From NCBI GenBank assembly GCA_030754595.1, contig JASLZZ010000102.1:1-49997 (forward strand): a stretch of 49,997 nucleotides of DNA, read 5' to 3'. The notes beneath the pieces were generated by a model. The model saw only the letters and a program-made list of their open reading frames with translations. It had not been told where the DNA came from and did not search any database. Made by a program: the position numbers and the translations under genes. The stretch comes from Nitrospinota bacterium (GTDB lineage Bacteria; UBA8248). Positions 1 through 8,347 of the stretch are shown piece by piece. The first letter of the stretch is position 1, and each line of letters starts with the position of its first letter.

Positions 1-1
1 G

Positions 2-940
2 CGTCTGGAGCGTGCAAACCGGCGCCTCAAGACGGGATTGGTCGGGTTCGGGATATGGGCCGTATTGGTGTTCGTTGTTTTTCAGCTCCTCCCGCCCCGG
101 GTATATGATCGATTACAAGCAAAAGAGTTGGTGGTCATCGGCGAAAAAGGCCGAATTCTTGTGAAAGCGGGAGCTGTCCAGGGGCAAGGGAAAATTGCCA
201 CCTATAGCAAGACCGGGAGAAAAACGACCGCCCTGGGCGTCACCACGAAAGGCGCCGGTGTAATCACCACGTTCAATTCGGGCGGCAAAAAAGTGCTCAA
301 GATGGGCTCATCCAATAATGGCGAAGGCGTATATTCTACATACAACGCCAAAGGACAGAGGGTGATTCAACTGGGCACCGCGCCGGGCGGCCATGGCACT
401 CTCATCACCTATAATTCCAAGGGAAAAGTGATGATCGGAGTGGGCTCAACCATAAAAGGCGGGGGAGTGATACATACATATAATCAAAAAGGAAACAAAG
501 CGGTCTCCCTGGTGGTTCGGTCAGACGATAGCGGAGGAGTCGCCGTCTATGACTCAAACGGGAAGAAAACACTTTCTTTTCACTCCGCCAACGCCGGTCA
601 AGGGAAGATCTCCCTTTATAGTTACTTTGGGACAGAGGCGGCTACTCTGAGTGTGGATGCAGAGAGCGGTACCGGCATAATTTCCATCAATAATCCTAAA
701 GGGAAAAGGTTGGTCGAGATAGGCACCTCCAACAAGGGCCAAGGCAGAATTTTTGTGAACAACTTCAAAGGAAAAAGAATGCTAAGAATAACCGGGGATA
801 CGGACGGAAGAGGAGAGATCGCGACCATGGATGGCGGCGGGAGCCGCCTTGTCGAACTCGGCGTCGATAAATCTGGCCGGGGAAAGATTTCCCTGCTCGA
901 CCCATCAGGGAATGCGGGCCCTTCCGGGACGCCGAAATAA
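2..940 (+). CDS. Membrane-anchored protein with about eleven ~23-aa Gly-rich beta-repeats (5'-truncated by window edge)
   Basis: Frame is open from base 2 (RLERANRRLKTGLVGFGIW...), then one hydrophobic segment and repeats of the form G-x-I-x-T-Y-N-x-K-G-K-x-x-V-x-L-G. Confidence 0.75.
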   Translation, partial: RLERANRRLKTGLVGFGIWAVLVFVVFQLLPPRVYDRLQAKELVVIGEKGRILVKAGAVQGQGKIATYSKTGRKTTALGVTTKGAGVITTFNSGGKKVLKMGSSNNGEGVYSTYNAKGQRVIQLGTAPGGHGTLITYNSKGKVMIGVGSTIKGGGVIHTYNQKGNKAVSLVVRSDDSGGVAVYDSNGKKTLSFHSANAGQGKISLYSYFGTEAATLSVDAESGTGIISINNPKGKRLVEIGTSNKGQGRIFVNNFKGKRMLRITGDTDGRGEIATMDGGGSRLVELGVDKSGRGKISLLDPSGNAGPSGTPK

Positions 941-1133
941 AATTTTTCAAGCCGCGATTTTGGCCTAGAATGCCAATTTCGGACTACAATAAGCCCACTT
1001 AAGGGCCCATATGGGAAATGCCGGGTTATTTGTTTTCGGAGCCTCTGTCAATGATTCAAGAAAACTCTTCCTGGTATCTATCGCGGGCTGGGATGCACTG
1101 GACCGAGGATTCTTCGTGTAAAGCAAGTAGGAG

Positions 1134-3152
1134 ATGAATTTGGCGACTGAAATTTTCCTGGCAGACCTTGCCCATACGTATTCGGTTGAAAATTCGTCAT
1201 TAACAGTTCCTCTGGGTTTAGGTTATATCAAGGCCTACTCGGTGTCCGCTCATGGTCCAAGCGTTGACATCAGCCTGTTCAAGCATCCCGAGAAATTTCT
1301 TGCCCGCGTTACCGAGGAAAAACCCGAAATCATCGGCCTTGCGAATTACGGCTGGAACGAGAACCTGAACCGGTCCGTGGGCGGGTATGTACGAAAGATT
1401 TTGCCCGAGGCGATGATTGTGGCTGGAGGCCCCAACATCGATTCCGAGCCACGGCGGCGCATCGATTTTTTTGAGAGGCATGATTATCTCGATTTCCTGA
1501 TTATCGATGGCGGGGAGGAAGCATTTGCCGGTCTTGTCGATTGGTGGCGGGAGCATCGCGACGATCACGATAAATTGCCGGAAAATATCGTCTGGGCCGA
1601 CGACGGGAAAATCAGGTTTACCGAGGAAATGCAGCTAAAGAAGATTATCGACAATATCCCATCCCCCTATCTGAGCGGCTTTCTCGATGAGTTCCTTGAG
1701 GACGGACTGGTTCCCATGTTCGAAACAAATCGTGGCTGTCCATTTAAATGCACTTTTTGTGCGTGGGGGTCGGCTTCGAAGAACCTGGTTCGTCAATTCG
1801 ATCTGAATACCTCCCTGGCCGAGATTTCGCATGTCGGAGAGCGTTCCAGGAGTAGGAACTGGATATTCTGCGACGCGAATTTCGGCATCCTTAAGCGGGA
1901 TGTTGATATAGCCCGGGCCATTCGGTCCGTTAACGAAGAAACGGGATATCCCAAAAGTTGTCAAATATGGATGGCCAAAAATGTGACCGGGAGAAATCTT
2001 CAGATAGGAGAAATATTGGGAGATATCATCACTCCCGTAATGGCGGTGCAAAGTCTGGACGATGAAGTGCTGGCGAACGTCAAGCGGGACAACATTTCCA
2101 CGGATATCTATGCGGAATATCAGAAAAAGTTTAACAAAATGGGAAGCCGAACCTATTCGGATTTGATCGTGCCTCTTCCCGCAGCGACTCTCGGTTCTCA
2201 CGTCGGTTCTTTGAAGAAGATGTTTGAATATGGGGTTGATATTATTCAAAGCCACAACATGCGCCTTTTGTCCGGCGCCGAAACAAACTCGACCCAAACG
2301 CGCGATACCTACGGATTCAAAACCCGCTATCGCTTGATCCATGGGGATGCAGGGGCGTACCGGTGCGCGGACGGGACGATCCTCCGCTCATTTGAATACG
2401 AAGAAAGTTTGCGGGCGACCACCACGTTCACCGAAGAAGAGTTGTTCTTTTTGCGGAAACTTCATTTTCTCTGTGATTTTTCATGGAACGTGGAATGTTA
2501 TAAGCCGCTTCTTAAGATTTGTCTCATATACGGTGTTAACCCTGTTGATGTTCTTGTCCGGCTCCTCGATGCCGCCGGCAAAGGTGGGGCCACCACCCGG
2601 GTCGCGGAATTTTTTGCCCGGTTTGACGAAGAATCTCGAAATGAATGGTTCGACAACTCGAAGGATATAGAAGCGTATTTTGAAGACGACCGAAATTTCA
2701 ATGGACTTATAAATCAGGAATTCGAGAAGTTGAACATTCAGTTCAGCGTAATATTGCTGAAGGATTTGAAGGCCGACTTTGATTCCCTGATCGAGGACAC
2801 AATTACTTCCTTCCGACAAGTTCCGGTTGAGATACTGGAGGACATCGCCTCTTTTAACTTCTCCCTTTTTCCGCAACTGGGAGAAATGCCTCGAGATCGG
2901 ATCGTAAGCTTGCCCGAGAACTTTATGGAGTTGACGGCCGAAACGGCTGAAAATTTCTCTCCCTCGGCAAAACGGCGGGATGTTCGTTTCGTTGATAATC
3001 CCAAAAGAGAAGAGGTCAGGAAGTTGCTGGGCAATTTGCAAGGCAAAACCTTGTCTAAAGTTCTGAACACGCAGGACATCGCTCTGCGCGATCTTCAAAT
3101 GGATTTCGATGATGATTTTTGGAGTAGCACGGCATTCAGAAGAGTCAGTTGA
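1134..3152 (+). CDS. Cobalamin (B12)-binding domain radical SAM protein
   Basis: N-terminal PLGLGYIKAY...VAGGPN...GGEE B12-binding domain; ETNRGCPFKCTFCAW CxxxCxxC motif; DANFG; GGAG RBS. Confidence 0.9.
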   Translation: MNLATEIFLADLAHTYSVENSSLTVPLGLGYIKAYSVSAHGPSVDISLFKHPEKFLARVTEEKPEIIGLANYGWNENLNRSVGGYVRKILPEAMIVAGGPNIDSEPRRRIDFFERHDYLDFLIIDGGEEAFAGLVDWWREHRDDHDKLPENIVWADDGKIRFTEEMQLKKIIDNIPSPYLSGFLDEFLEDGLVPMFETNRGCPFKCTFCAWGSASKNLVRQFDLNTSLAEISHVGERSRSRNWIFCDANFGILKRDVDIARAIRSVNEETGYPKSCQIWMAKNVTGRNLQIGEILGDIITPVMAVQSLDDEVLANVKRDNISTDIYAEYQKKFNKMGSRTYSDLIVPLPAATLGSHVGSLKKMFEYGVDIIQSHNMRLLSGAETNSTQTRDTYGFKTRYRLIHGDAGAYRCADGTILRSFEYEESLRATTTFTEEELFFLRKLHFLCDFSWNVECYKPLLKICLIYGVNPVDVLVRLLDAAGKGGATTRVAEFFARFDEESRNEWFDNSKDIEAYFEDDRNFNGLINQEFEKLNIQFSVILLKDLKADFDSLIEDTITSFRQVPVEILEDIASFNFSLFPQLGEMPRDRIVSLPENFMELTAETAENFSPSAKRRDVRFVDNPKREEVRKLLGNLQGKTLSKVLNTQDIALRDLQMDFDDDFWSSTAFRRVS

Positions 3153-3217
3153 ACCCGGCATTCATTTTCTTATGTATGATCAATTGGTGAGTTAATCGGA
3201 ATGTTTCGTTTTCATTC

Positions 3218-3364
3218 GGGAATCAGGACGGAAAAGGCGAGATCGCGACCCTGGACGCCGACGGGAGCCGACTCGTCGAACTCGGTGTCCATCAATCCGG
3301 CCGGGGAGAGGTTTCCCTGTTCGGTCCATCGGGAAAGCCGCGTGTTCCCGGGCCGACGAGATGA
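3218..3364 (+). pseudogene. Start-less remnant paralogous to the 3' end of the 2..940 repeat protein
   Basis: GNQDGKGEIATLDADGSRLVELGVHQSGRGEVSLFGPSG vs GDTDGRGEIATMDGGGSRLVELGVDKSGRGKISLLDPSG (794-910): 27/39 aa identical; in-frame stop upstream at 3188-3190. Confidence 0.85.
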
Positions 3365-3408
3365 AATTAGTTGCACTCTCCAGCGGCATGAGCCACTTTT
3401 AAACAAGC

Positions 3409-3722
3409 TGTAAGGGTTCAGAACCTAGTGGACCAATCGGGGTGATACTCTAAGAGACACTTTCTGACCAATTCATCTTTGGAAGAGTGTGAGATTGTAT
3501 GGGTTCAGAGCCTAGTGGACCATTTGGGGTGATACGCTAAGAGACACTTTCTGATCGATTCATCTTTGGAAGGAGCATGAGATGAGCAAGGAAGTGTCCT
3601 CCGAGAAGCTCGTTAACGACATCCGCCGTAAGATCCGCAAGAAGTATTCAGCCGAGGAGAAGATCCGCATCGTCCTGGATGGGCTGCGAGGCGAGGAGAG
3701 CATCGCAGCGCTTTGGTACTGA
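3409..3722 (+). mobile_element. IS3-family remnant: two tandem left ends plus truncated OrfA transposase (3582-3722)
   Basis: Near-identical units starting TGTA at 3409 and 3496 (7 mismatches over 77 nt); ORF MSKEVSSEKLVNDIRRKIRKKYSAEEKIRIVLDGLRGEESIAAL is a typical IS3 OrfA HTH start and stops prematurely. Confidence 0.8.
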
Positions 3723-3762
3723 GATATTGTCCTGCGGTGGTTTCCATTATTTATGCTCCATT

Positions 3763-3786
3763 GTTCTGGTGCCGGTTCTAGTGCCG
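3763..3786. repeat. Tandem 12-bp direct repeat, possible integrase arm-type site
   Basis: gttctggtgccg / gttctagtgccg, about 110 nt beyond the tRNA-Sec 3' end. Confidence 0.4.
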
Positions 3787-3843
3787 ATTCGGCATCAAAA
3801 TTTAGCGTATTTGGTCGCACTCCTTATCACTCACCAAAAAGAA

Positions 3844-3886
3844 AAACCCCGCATAGACAAGGGATTTCCTTGCCTATACGGGGTTT
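3844..3886 (-). terminator. Intrinsic terminator downstream of tRNA-Sec
   Basis: Imperfect inverted repeat aaaccccgcatagacaagg / ccttgcctatacggggttt, followed by a T-run on the minus strand. Confidence 0.6.
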
Positions 3887-3895
3887 GTGGCAATT

Positions 3896-3992
3896 TGGCG
3901 GGAATGCGTGGGAGTCGAACCCACCGACGAAGTGTCTAGCCCCGTCCACTGGATTTGAAGTCCAGGCGGCACACCGGCACCGATCCACTCCC
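3896..3992 (-). tRNA. selC: tRNA-Sec (anticodon UCA)
   Basis: Reverse complement GGGAGTGGATCGGTGCCGGTGTGCCGCCTGGACTTCAAATCCAGTG-GACGGGGCTAGACACTTCGTC-GGTGGGTTCGACTCCCACGCATTCCCGCCA: 97 nt, 6-bp D stem with 4-nt loop, CU-UCA-AA anticodon loop, long variable arm, G73 and CCA. Confidence 0.96.
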
Positions 3993-4059
3993 GCCCGGAG
4001 AATACACCGCTTCCGGGGCCGGGGGGAAGCCGCCGCGTAAGAGGCGGCGACTCTTTCCT

Positions 4060-5091
4060 TTAATCGCTCACCTTAAGGACGATCTTTCCGAACTGCTCGC
4101 CGGCCTCGAGGATTTCGTGCGCCTGGCGGCAATCCTCAAGTCCCATCACCCGGTCGATGACGGGCCTGAGTTTCCCCTCGCCCAGAAAGCGAAGGACTTT
4201 CTTGAACGTGCCGAGGCTGCCCATCGTCGAGCCCTGAACGGTGAGCTGCTTGGCGAAGAGCATGGCGAGGTGGGTTTCCCCCTTAAAGCCCGTCGTCGCG
4301 CCGCAGGTGACGATCCGCCCGTGGTAGGCGGCGCTCTTGATGCTCTCGGCCCAGGTGGCGTCGCCCACGTGCTCGAAGACGACATCGGCCCCGGCCTTGC
4401 CCGTTATCTCGCGCACCCGCTTGCTGATGGATTCCTCTTTGTAGTTGATCACCTCGTCGGCCCCGAGTTCGCGGGCGCGCTCGATCTTCTCCGGCGTCGA
4501 GGTCGAGGCGATGACGCGCGCGCCGATGAGCTTTCCCATCTGTATCGCGGCGGTGCCCACCCCGCTCCCCGCGCCCTGGACCAACAGTGTCTCGCCCGCC
4601 TTGAGTTCCGCCCGCTCGGTGAGCATGCGCCAGGCGGTGATGAAAACGATGGGGCAGGCGGCGCCCTCCTCGAAGGAGAGAGCCTCGGGAAGGGGCTGGA
4701 GGTTGGGCGCATCCACCGCGATGAGCTCGCACATCCCCCCGTTCGACTGCTCTCCGATGAGCTGAAAGCCGCCCGGCGGCGGATCGTCGCACAGATAAAA
4801 GGGCACCCCGCCGTAGCTCTGGACGGGGTAGTCGATGACCCGCTGGCCGACCTCGAAGCTATCAACGCTGGGCCCCAGCGCCCGGACGACGCCGGTGAAG
4901 TCGCACCCGCCGATGTGGGGCATGACGGAGCGGATGCCGGGCAGCCCCATCCGCACAAAAAGGTCGAGGTGGTTCAGCCCCACGGCCCGGACCTCGACGA
5001 GCGCCTGGCCCGGCCCGGCCTCTGGCTCGGGCAGGTCTTCAATCTGGATGACTTCGGGTCCGCCGTATTCGTGGAAAATCGCCGCTTTCAT
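4060..5091 (-). CDS. MDR-superfamily (zinc-binding ADH / quinone oxidoreductase-like) protein
   Basis: MKAAIFHEYGGPEV start, GLNHLD, GAGSGVG NAD(P) motif, GKIVL C-terminus; GGAGG RBS before the ATG at 5091. Confidence 0.9.
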   Translation of the reverse strand: MKAAIFHEYGGPEVIQIEDLPEPEAGPGQALVEVRAVGLNHLDLFVRMGLPGIRSVMPHIGGCDFTGVVRALGPSVDSFEVGQRVIDYPVQSYGGVPFYLCDDPPPGGFQLIGEQSNGGMCELIAVDAPNLQPLPEALSFEEGAACPIVFITAWRMLTERAELKAGETLLVQGAGSGVGTAAIQMGKLIGARVIASTSTPEKIERARELGADEVINYKEESISKRVREITGKAGADVVFEHVGDATWAESIKSAAYHGRIVTCGATTGFKGETHLAMLFAKQLTVQGSTMGSLGTFKKVLRFLGEGKLRPVIDRVMGLEDCRQAHEILEAGEQFGKIVLKVSD

Positions 5092-5192
5092 CGATAAAAC
5101 CTCCTGCCGGTGTACCTCGGCACGGTGATGAGTTTTCTCAGGTAGATACCGGGTATCACCGATTGCCCGGCGGGGCAACCGGGAGCGGCTCG

Positions 5193-5984
5193 TCACCCAG
5201 GGCTGCTTGCCGCCTCGGTGAAATGCCTGAGCGCCTCGGGGTAAGGAAGCGCGAAGAGACCCCGGCGCGCCTTGGGGACGCGGCGCGAGAGAGCGAGACG
5301 GAGGTGAGGCTCGACGGCGGCGATGAGGGACGGGGCGGGAAGTTGATCCGGATTTGAGGTGAGGCGCTCGATTCGGCGAGCGGCGCGGGTGCTGTGCGCC
5401 ATGAGGAGGAGCCTGTTTTCGGCGAGGAAGCGGCGGAGGGCGGGCATGGAGGGGCGCTCCTTGACTCGTCTGAAGGCGGCGAGGGTGAAGAGTTTGGTGA
5501 GGAAATGATCGCGGGCGGCGGGGCTGGAAAGGCGCGCCTCGTCATCGATGGCGAGGGGGCCGAATCGGTCGAGGACGGCGCGGGCGAAGAGGCCGGGGCC
5601 CTTTCCGAGGGGGTGATTGGCCCGGGCGTCCGAGAAGATTTTCGCGTCCCGGACCCCGCACGAGGGCGAGCGGCTCTTGAGGATGAAGCCATCGGCGGCC
5701 GGAATGCCTTCAAGGTAATTTTTTGCGAAGCCGCGCATTTTCCGGGTGAGCCGCGCGCCGGTCGCGGGCTGGATCAAATCCGTGGAGGTCCCCCCGCGTA
5801 GCAGACGGATCGGATCGCGCGGAGTCCCCAGGCCGATCGCCTCCTCGGGGCAGACCGGAATGAGCCGCGCGAAGGGCTTGAGGCGAAGGATGAGGGGGCA
5901 GGGGATGCGGGCGCCGTCCCAGCGGCAGGGAGCCAGCTCGAGGCACCCGCTTACGACGACGATGGGGCGGGGGAATTTTCTCAC
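5193..5984 (-). CDS. DUF523 (thiouracil desulfurase-like, Fe-S) plus shortened DUF1722 domain protein
   Basis: VSGCL...RWDG, PVCPE...GLGTPR and LKSRSPSCG motifs; LLLMAHS DUF1722 motif. Confidence 0.8.
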   Translation of the reverse strand: MRKFPRPIVVVSGCLELAPCRWDGARIPCPLILRLKPFARLIPVCPEEAIGLGTPRDPIRLLRGGTSTDLIQPATGARLTRKMRGFAKNYLEGIPAADGFILKSRSPSCGVRDAKIFSDARANHPLGKGPGLFARAVLDRFGPLAIDDEARLSSPAARDHFLTKLFTLAAFRRVKERPSMPALRRFLAENRLLLMAHSTRAARRIERLTSNPDQLPAPSLIAAVEPHLRLALSRRVPKARRGLFALPYPEALRHFTEAASSPG

Positions 5985-5993
5985 CCGCAGTCC

Positions 5994-7781
5994 CTAGGAT
6001 TTCGCGTGGTCGTAGAATCCGCGCCCGGTTTTCCGGCCCAGCCAGCCGGCCGAGACCATCCTTCGCAGGATGGGCGGAGCGACAAAGCGGGCTTCGCCGA
6101 GCTCTCCCGCGATGGCATCCGCCACGAAAGTCTGGACGTCGATGCCCACGAGGTCGATGAGCGTCAGCGGCCCCATGGGGTGGCCAAGCCCTTGGTTGAT
6201 GGATTGATCCAGGGATTCCCTGTCCGCGAGGGCATCGTCGAAGGCCTGGGCGGCGTGATTGAGATAGGGGACGAGCAGGCGGTTGACCAGGAAGCCGGGG
6301 CGGTCCTTCACCGGGACCGGGGTTTTGCCGATGCGCTGGCAGAAAGCAACCCCGAATTGGAGAATTTCCGGCGCGGTCTGGATCGCCTCTATGACCTCGA
6401 CAAGCCGCATCGCGTAGGGAGGGTTGAAGAAATGGAGGCCGACGAAGCGTTCGGGCCGCTTCATCTTCGCCGCCATCGCGGTGACCGATAGACAGGAGGT
6501 GTTCGAGGCGATGATGGCGTCCTCTTTAACTATCGCGTCGAGTTTTTCGAAAAGGCCGAGTTTGACCTCAAGATTTTCGACAATAACCTCCACAATCAAG
6601 TCGCACCCCGAAAGATCTCCCAACTCCGTCGATGTTCGAAGCCGGCCGAGGATCTCATCCTTTGCGGATTCCTCCATTTTTCCGCGCTTAACGGCGCCGG
6701 ACAGGTTCCTTTCAATCCGGTTTTTACCGGCCTGAAGCGCCTCCTCCCCCACTTCCACGCCGACAACCTCAAGGCCCGCCGTGAGGCAAACCTGGGCGAT
6801 GCCGCTGCCCATCGCGCCGAGCCCGACGACGCCGACCAGTTTAATGGCGTCCGCAAGTGGCTTTCCGGCGGAGGTGTCGTGGGCCGCCGTGTCTTCTTGT
6901 TTCGGTTCGGCGACCCCAAAAACACCGGCCTTTTCGTAGCTATAAAATCCGCGGCCGGTCTTGGTCCCAAGGTGGCCGGCGGAAATCATTTTGTCCACCA
7001 GCGGTGGAGGCACATACCTTGGGTCCTTGAACTGATCGTAGAGCGACATGGCGACTGTCCGGTGGATATCGAGCCCTTCGATGTCCAGCAGGCGCATCGG
7101 AGCCATTTTGTAGCCAAGACCAAGGGTGGTTCCGGTGTCGAGGTCCGCCGGGGTCGTGTAGCCGGCCTCGATCATGCGGATGCAGTCGTTTTGAAAAGGA
7201 ATCAGAAATTTATTGAGGATGAAGCCCGGCGTGTCCTTCACCTCGATAGGCGTTTGGCCGGTTTCCTCGAGGAACGACCTGGCCGCGTCGAGAGTGTCCC
7301 CGCTGGTGAGTTTCCCCGGGGCGATTTCGACCAGCTTGTTCAGGGCGGCGGGGAGGCAAAAATGCATCCCGACGGTTTGGCCGGGGCGGCCCGAGGCGGC
7401 GCCCATCTCGGTGATGGAGAGTGTACTGGTATTGCTGGCAAGGATGGCGTCCTCTTCGAGGATGCCGTCCAGTTTCCGGAACAATTTGATTTTTTCCTCG
7501 AAGTTTTCATTGATGGCCTCGATAACGAGATCGCAGCCGGCGAGATCGGTGAGGGCCGTTGTCCCTTTCAGCCGGGCGAGCATCGCGTCCCGGTCCCCAG
7601 AAGAGGTTTTTCCCTTTTCAACGCCGCTGTCGAGGAAAGCCCGGATGCGGGCGTGTCCGTTTTGAAGGGCCGCATCGTTCACTTCGCAGGTTACGGTTTC
7701 CATTCCGCTCCTTGCGCACACAATGGCGATGTTGGAGCCCATGGTGCCCAGGCCGACAATCCCGATTTTCTTGATATCCAT
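5994..7781 (-). CDS. 3-hydroxyacyl-CoA dehydrogenase with two complete tandem units
   Basis: Two copies of GLGxMG, ASNTS, G(M/L)HF, PGFxxN and GxKTGRGFY; GGAG RBS before MDIKK. Confidence 0.9.
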   Translation of the reverse strand: MDIKKIGIVGLGTMGSNIAIVCARSGMETVTCEVNDAALQNGHARIRAFLDSGVEKGKTSSGDRDAMLARLKGTTALTDLAGCDLVIEAINENFEEKIKLFRKLDGILEEDAILASNTSTLSITEMGAASGRPGQTVGMHFCLPAALNKLVEIAPGKLTSGDTLDAARSFLEETGQTPIEVKDTPGFILNKFLIPFQNDCIRMIEAGYTTPADLDTGTTLGLGYKMAPMRLLDIEGLDIHRTVAMSLYDQFKDPRYVPPPLVDKMISAGHLGTKTGRGFYSYEKAGVFGVAEPKQEDTAAHDTSAGKPLADAIKLVGVVGLGAMGSGIAQVCLTAGLEVVGVEVGEEALQAGKNRIERNLSGAVKRGKMEESAKDEILGRLRTSTELGDLSGCDLIVEVIVENLEVKLGLFEKLDAIVKEDAIIASNTSCLSVTAMAAKMKRPERFVGLHFFNPPYAMRLVEVIEAIQTAPEILQFGVAFCQRIGKTPVPVKDRPGFLVNRLLVPYLNHAAQAFDDALADRESLDQSINQGLGHPMGPLTLIDLVGIDVQTFVADAIAGELGEARFVAPPILRRMVSAGWLGRKTGRGFYDHAKS

Positions 7782-7944
7782 AATGACATCTCCGCCCGAA
7801 TGAATGATTTTCGAAGCCGATGGAACAGACTGAATTAACGGCGCACAATTGAGTCCATAATAGCTCCTGGGGGCATTTATTGACAGGTGCGCAGGGCATT
7901 TAAGCCCGCATCCCGTTTTCTTCCGTGGGGGAATCATTTACCAT

Positions 7945-8313
7945 ATGGTCATGTCGATGACGCGCGAAGAAGTTGACGGATTGTTGAGGGAATGCGCGAG
8001 TAAGGGCCGCCCCTTGTCCCTGGAGGGCACGGATCTTACCCGTGTCGATCTCGGTGGTTTGGACCTCTCCGGCGCGAATTTTCGGGGGGCCGTATTGGCC
8101 ATGGCGTCTCTCCGGGAGACCAATCTCTCCGAGGCGGACCTGCGCGAGGCCGACCTCCAGGAAGCCGATCTGGAGGAGGCCGATCTCTCCGACGCGCTGC
8201 TCGAGGGCGCCGAGGTGGCGGGGGCCAGCTTTCGCGGGGCAATTCTCGTGGGGGCCGAATTCGATGATGTGAACTTCGATGAAGCCATCCTCGAGGAAGC
8301 GAAGTTCATTTGA
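7945..8313 (+). CDS. Pentapeptide repeat protein
   Basis: A(D/N)LxE repeats (ETNLS EADLR EADLQ EADLE EADLS); the start may be 7951 or 7957. Confidence 0.9.
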   Translation: MVMSMTREEVDGLLRECASKGRPLSLEGTDLTRVDLGGLDLSGANFRGAVLAMASLRETNLSEADLREADLQEADLEEADLSDALLEGAEVAGASFRGAILVGAEFDDVNFDEAILEEAKFI

Positions 8314-8347
8314 TGTTCATTTAAAGGAAAAGTTTCTTCCCCTCAGA

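Noticed and set aside
3409..3582. Repeat pair as a CRISPR array
   Set aside because: Only two ~87-nt units with no spacer, directly leading into an IS3 OrfA; no cas genes.
3955..5097. Long antisense ORFs (also 6879-7838, 14165-15385, 30398-31207, 40890-42773)
   Set aside because: Shadow ORFs opposite well-supported genes, expected in GC-rich DNA.
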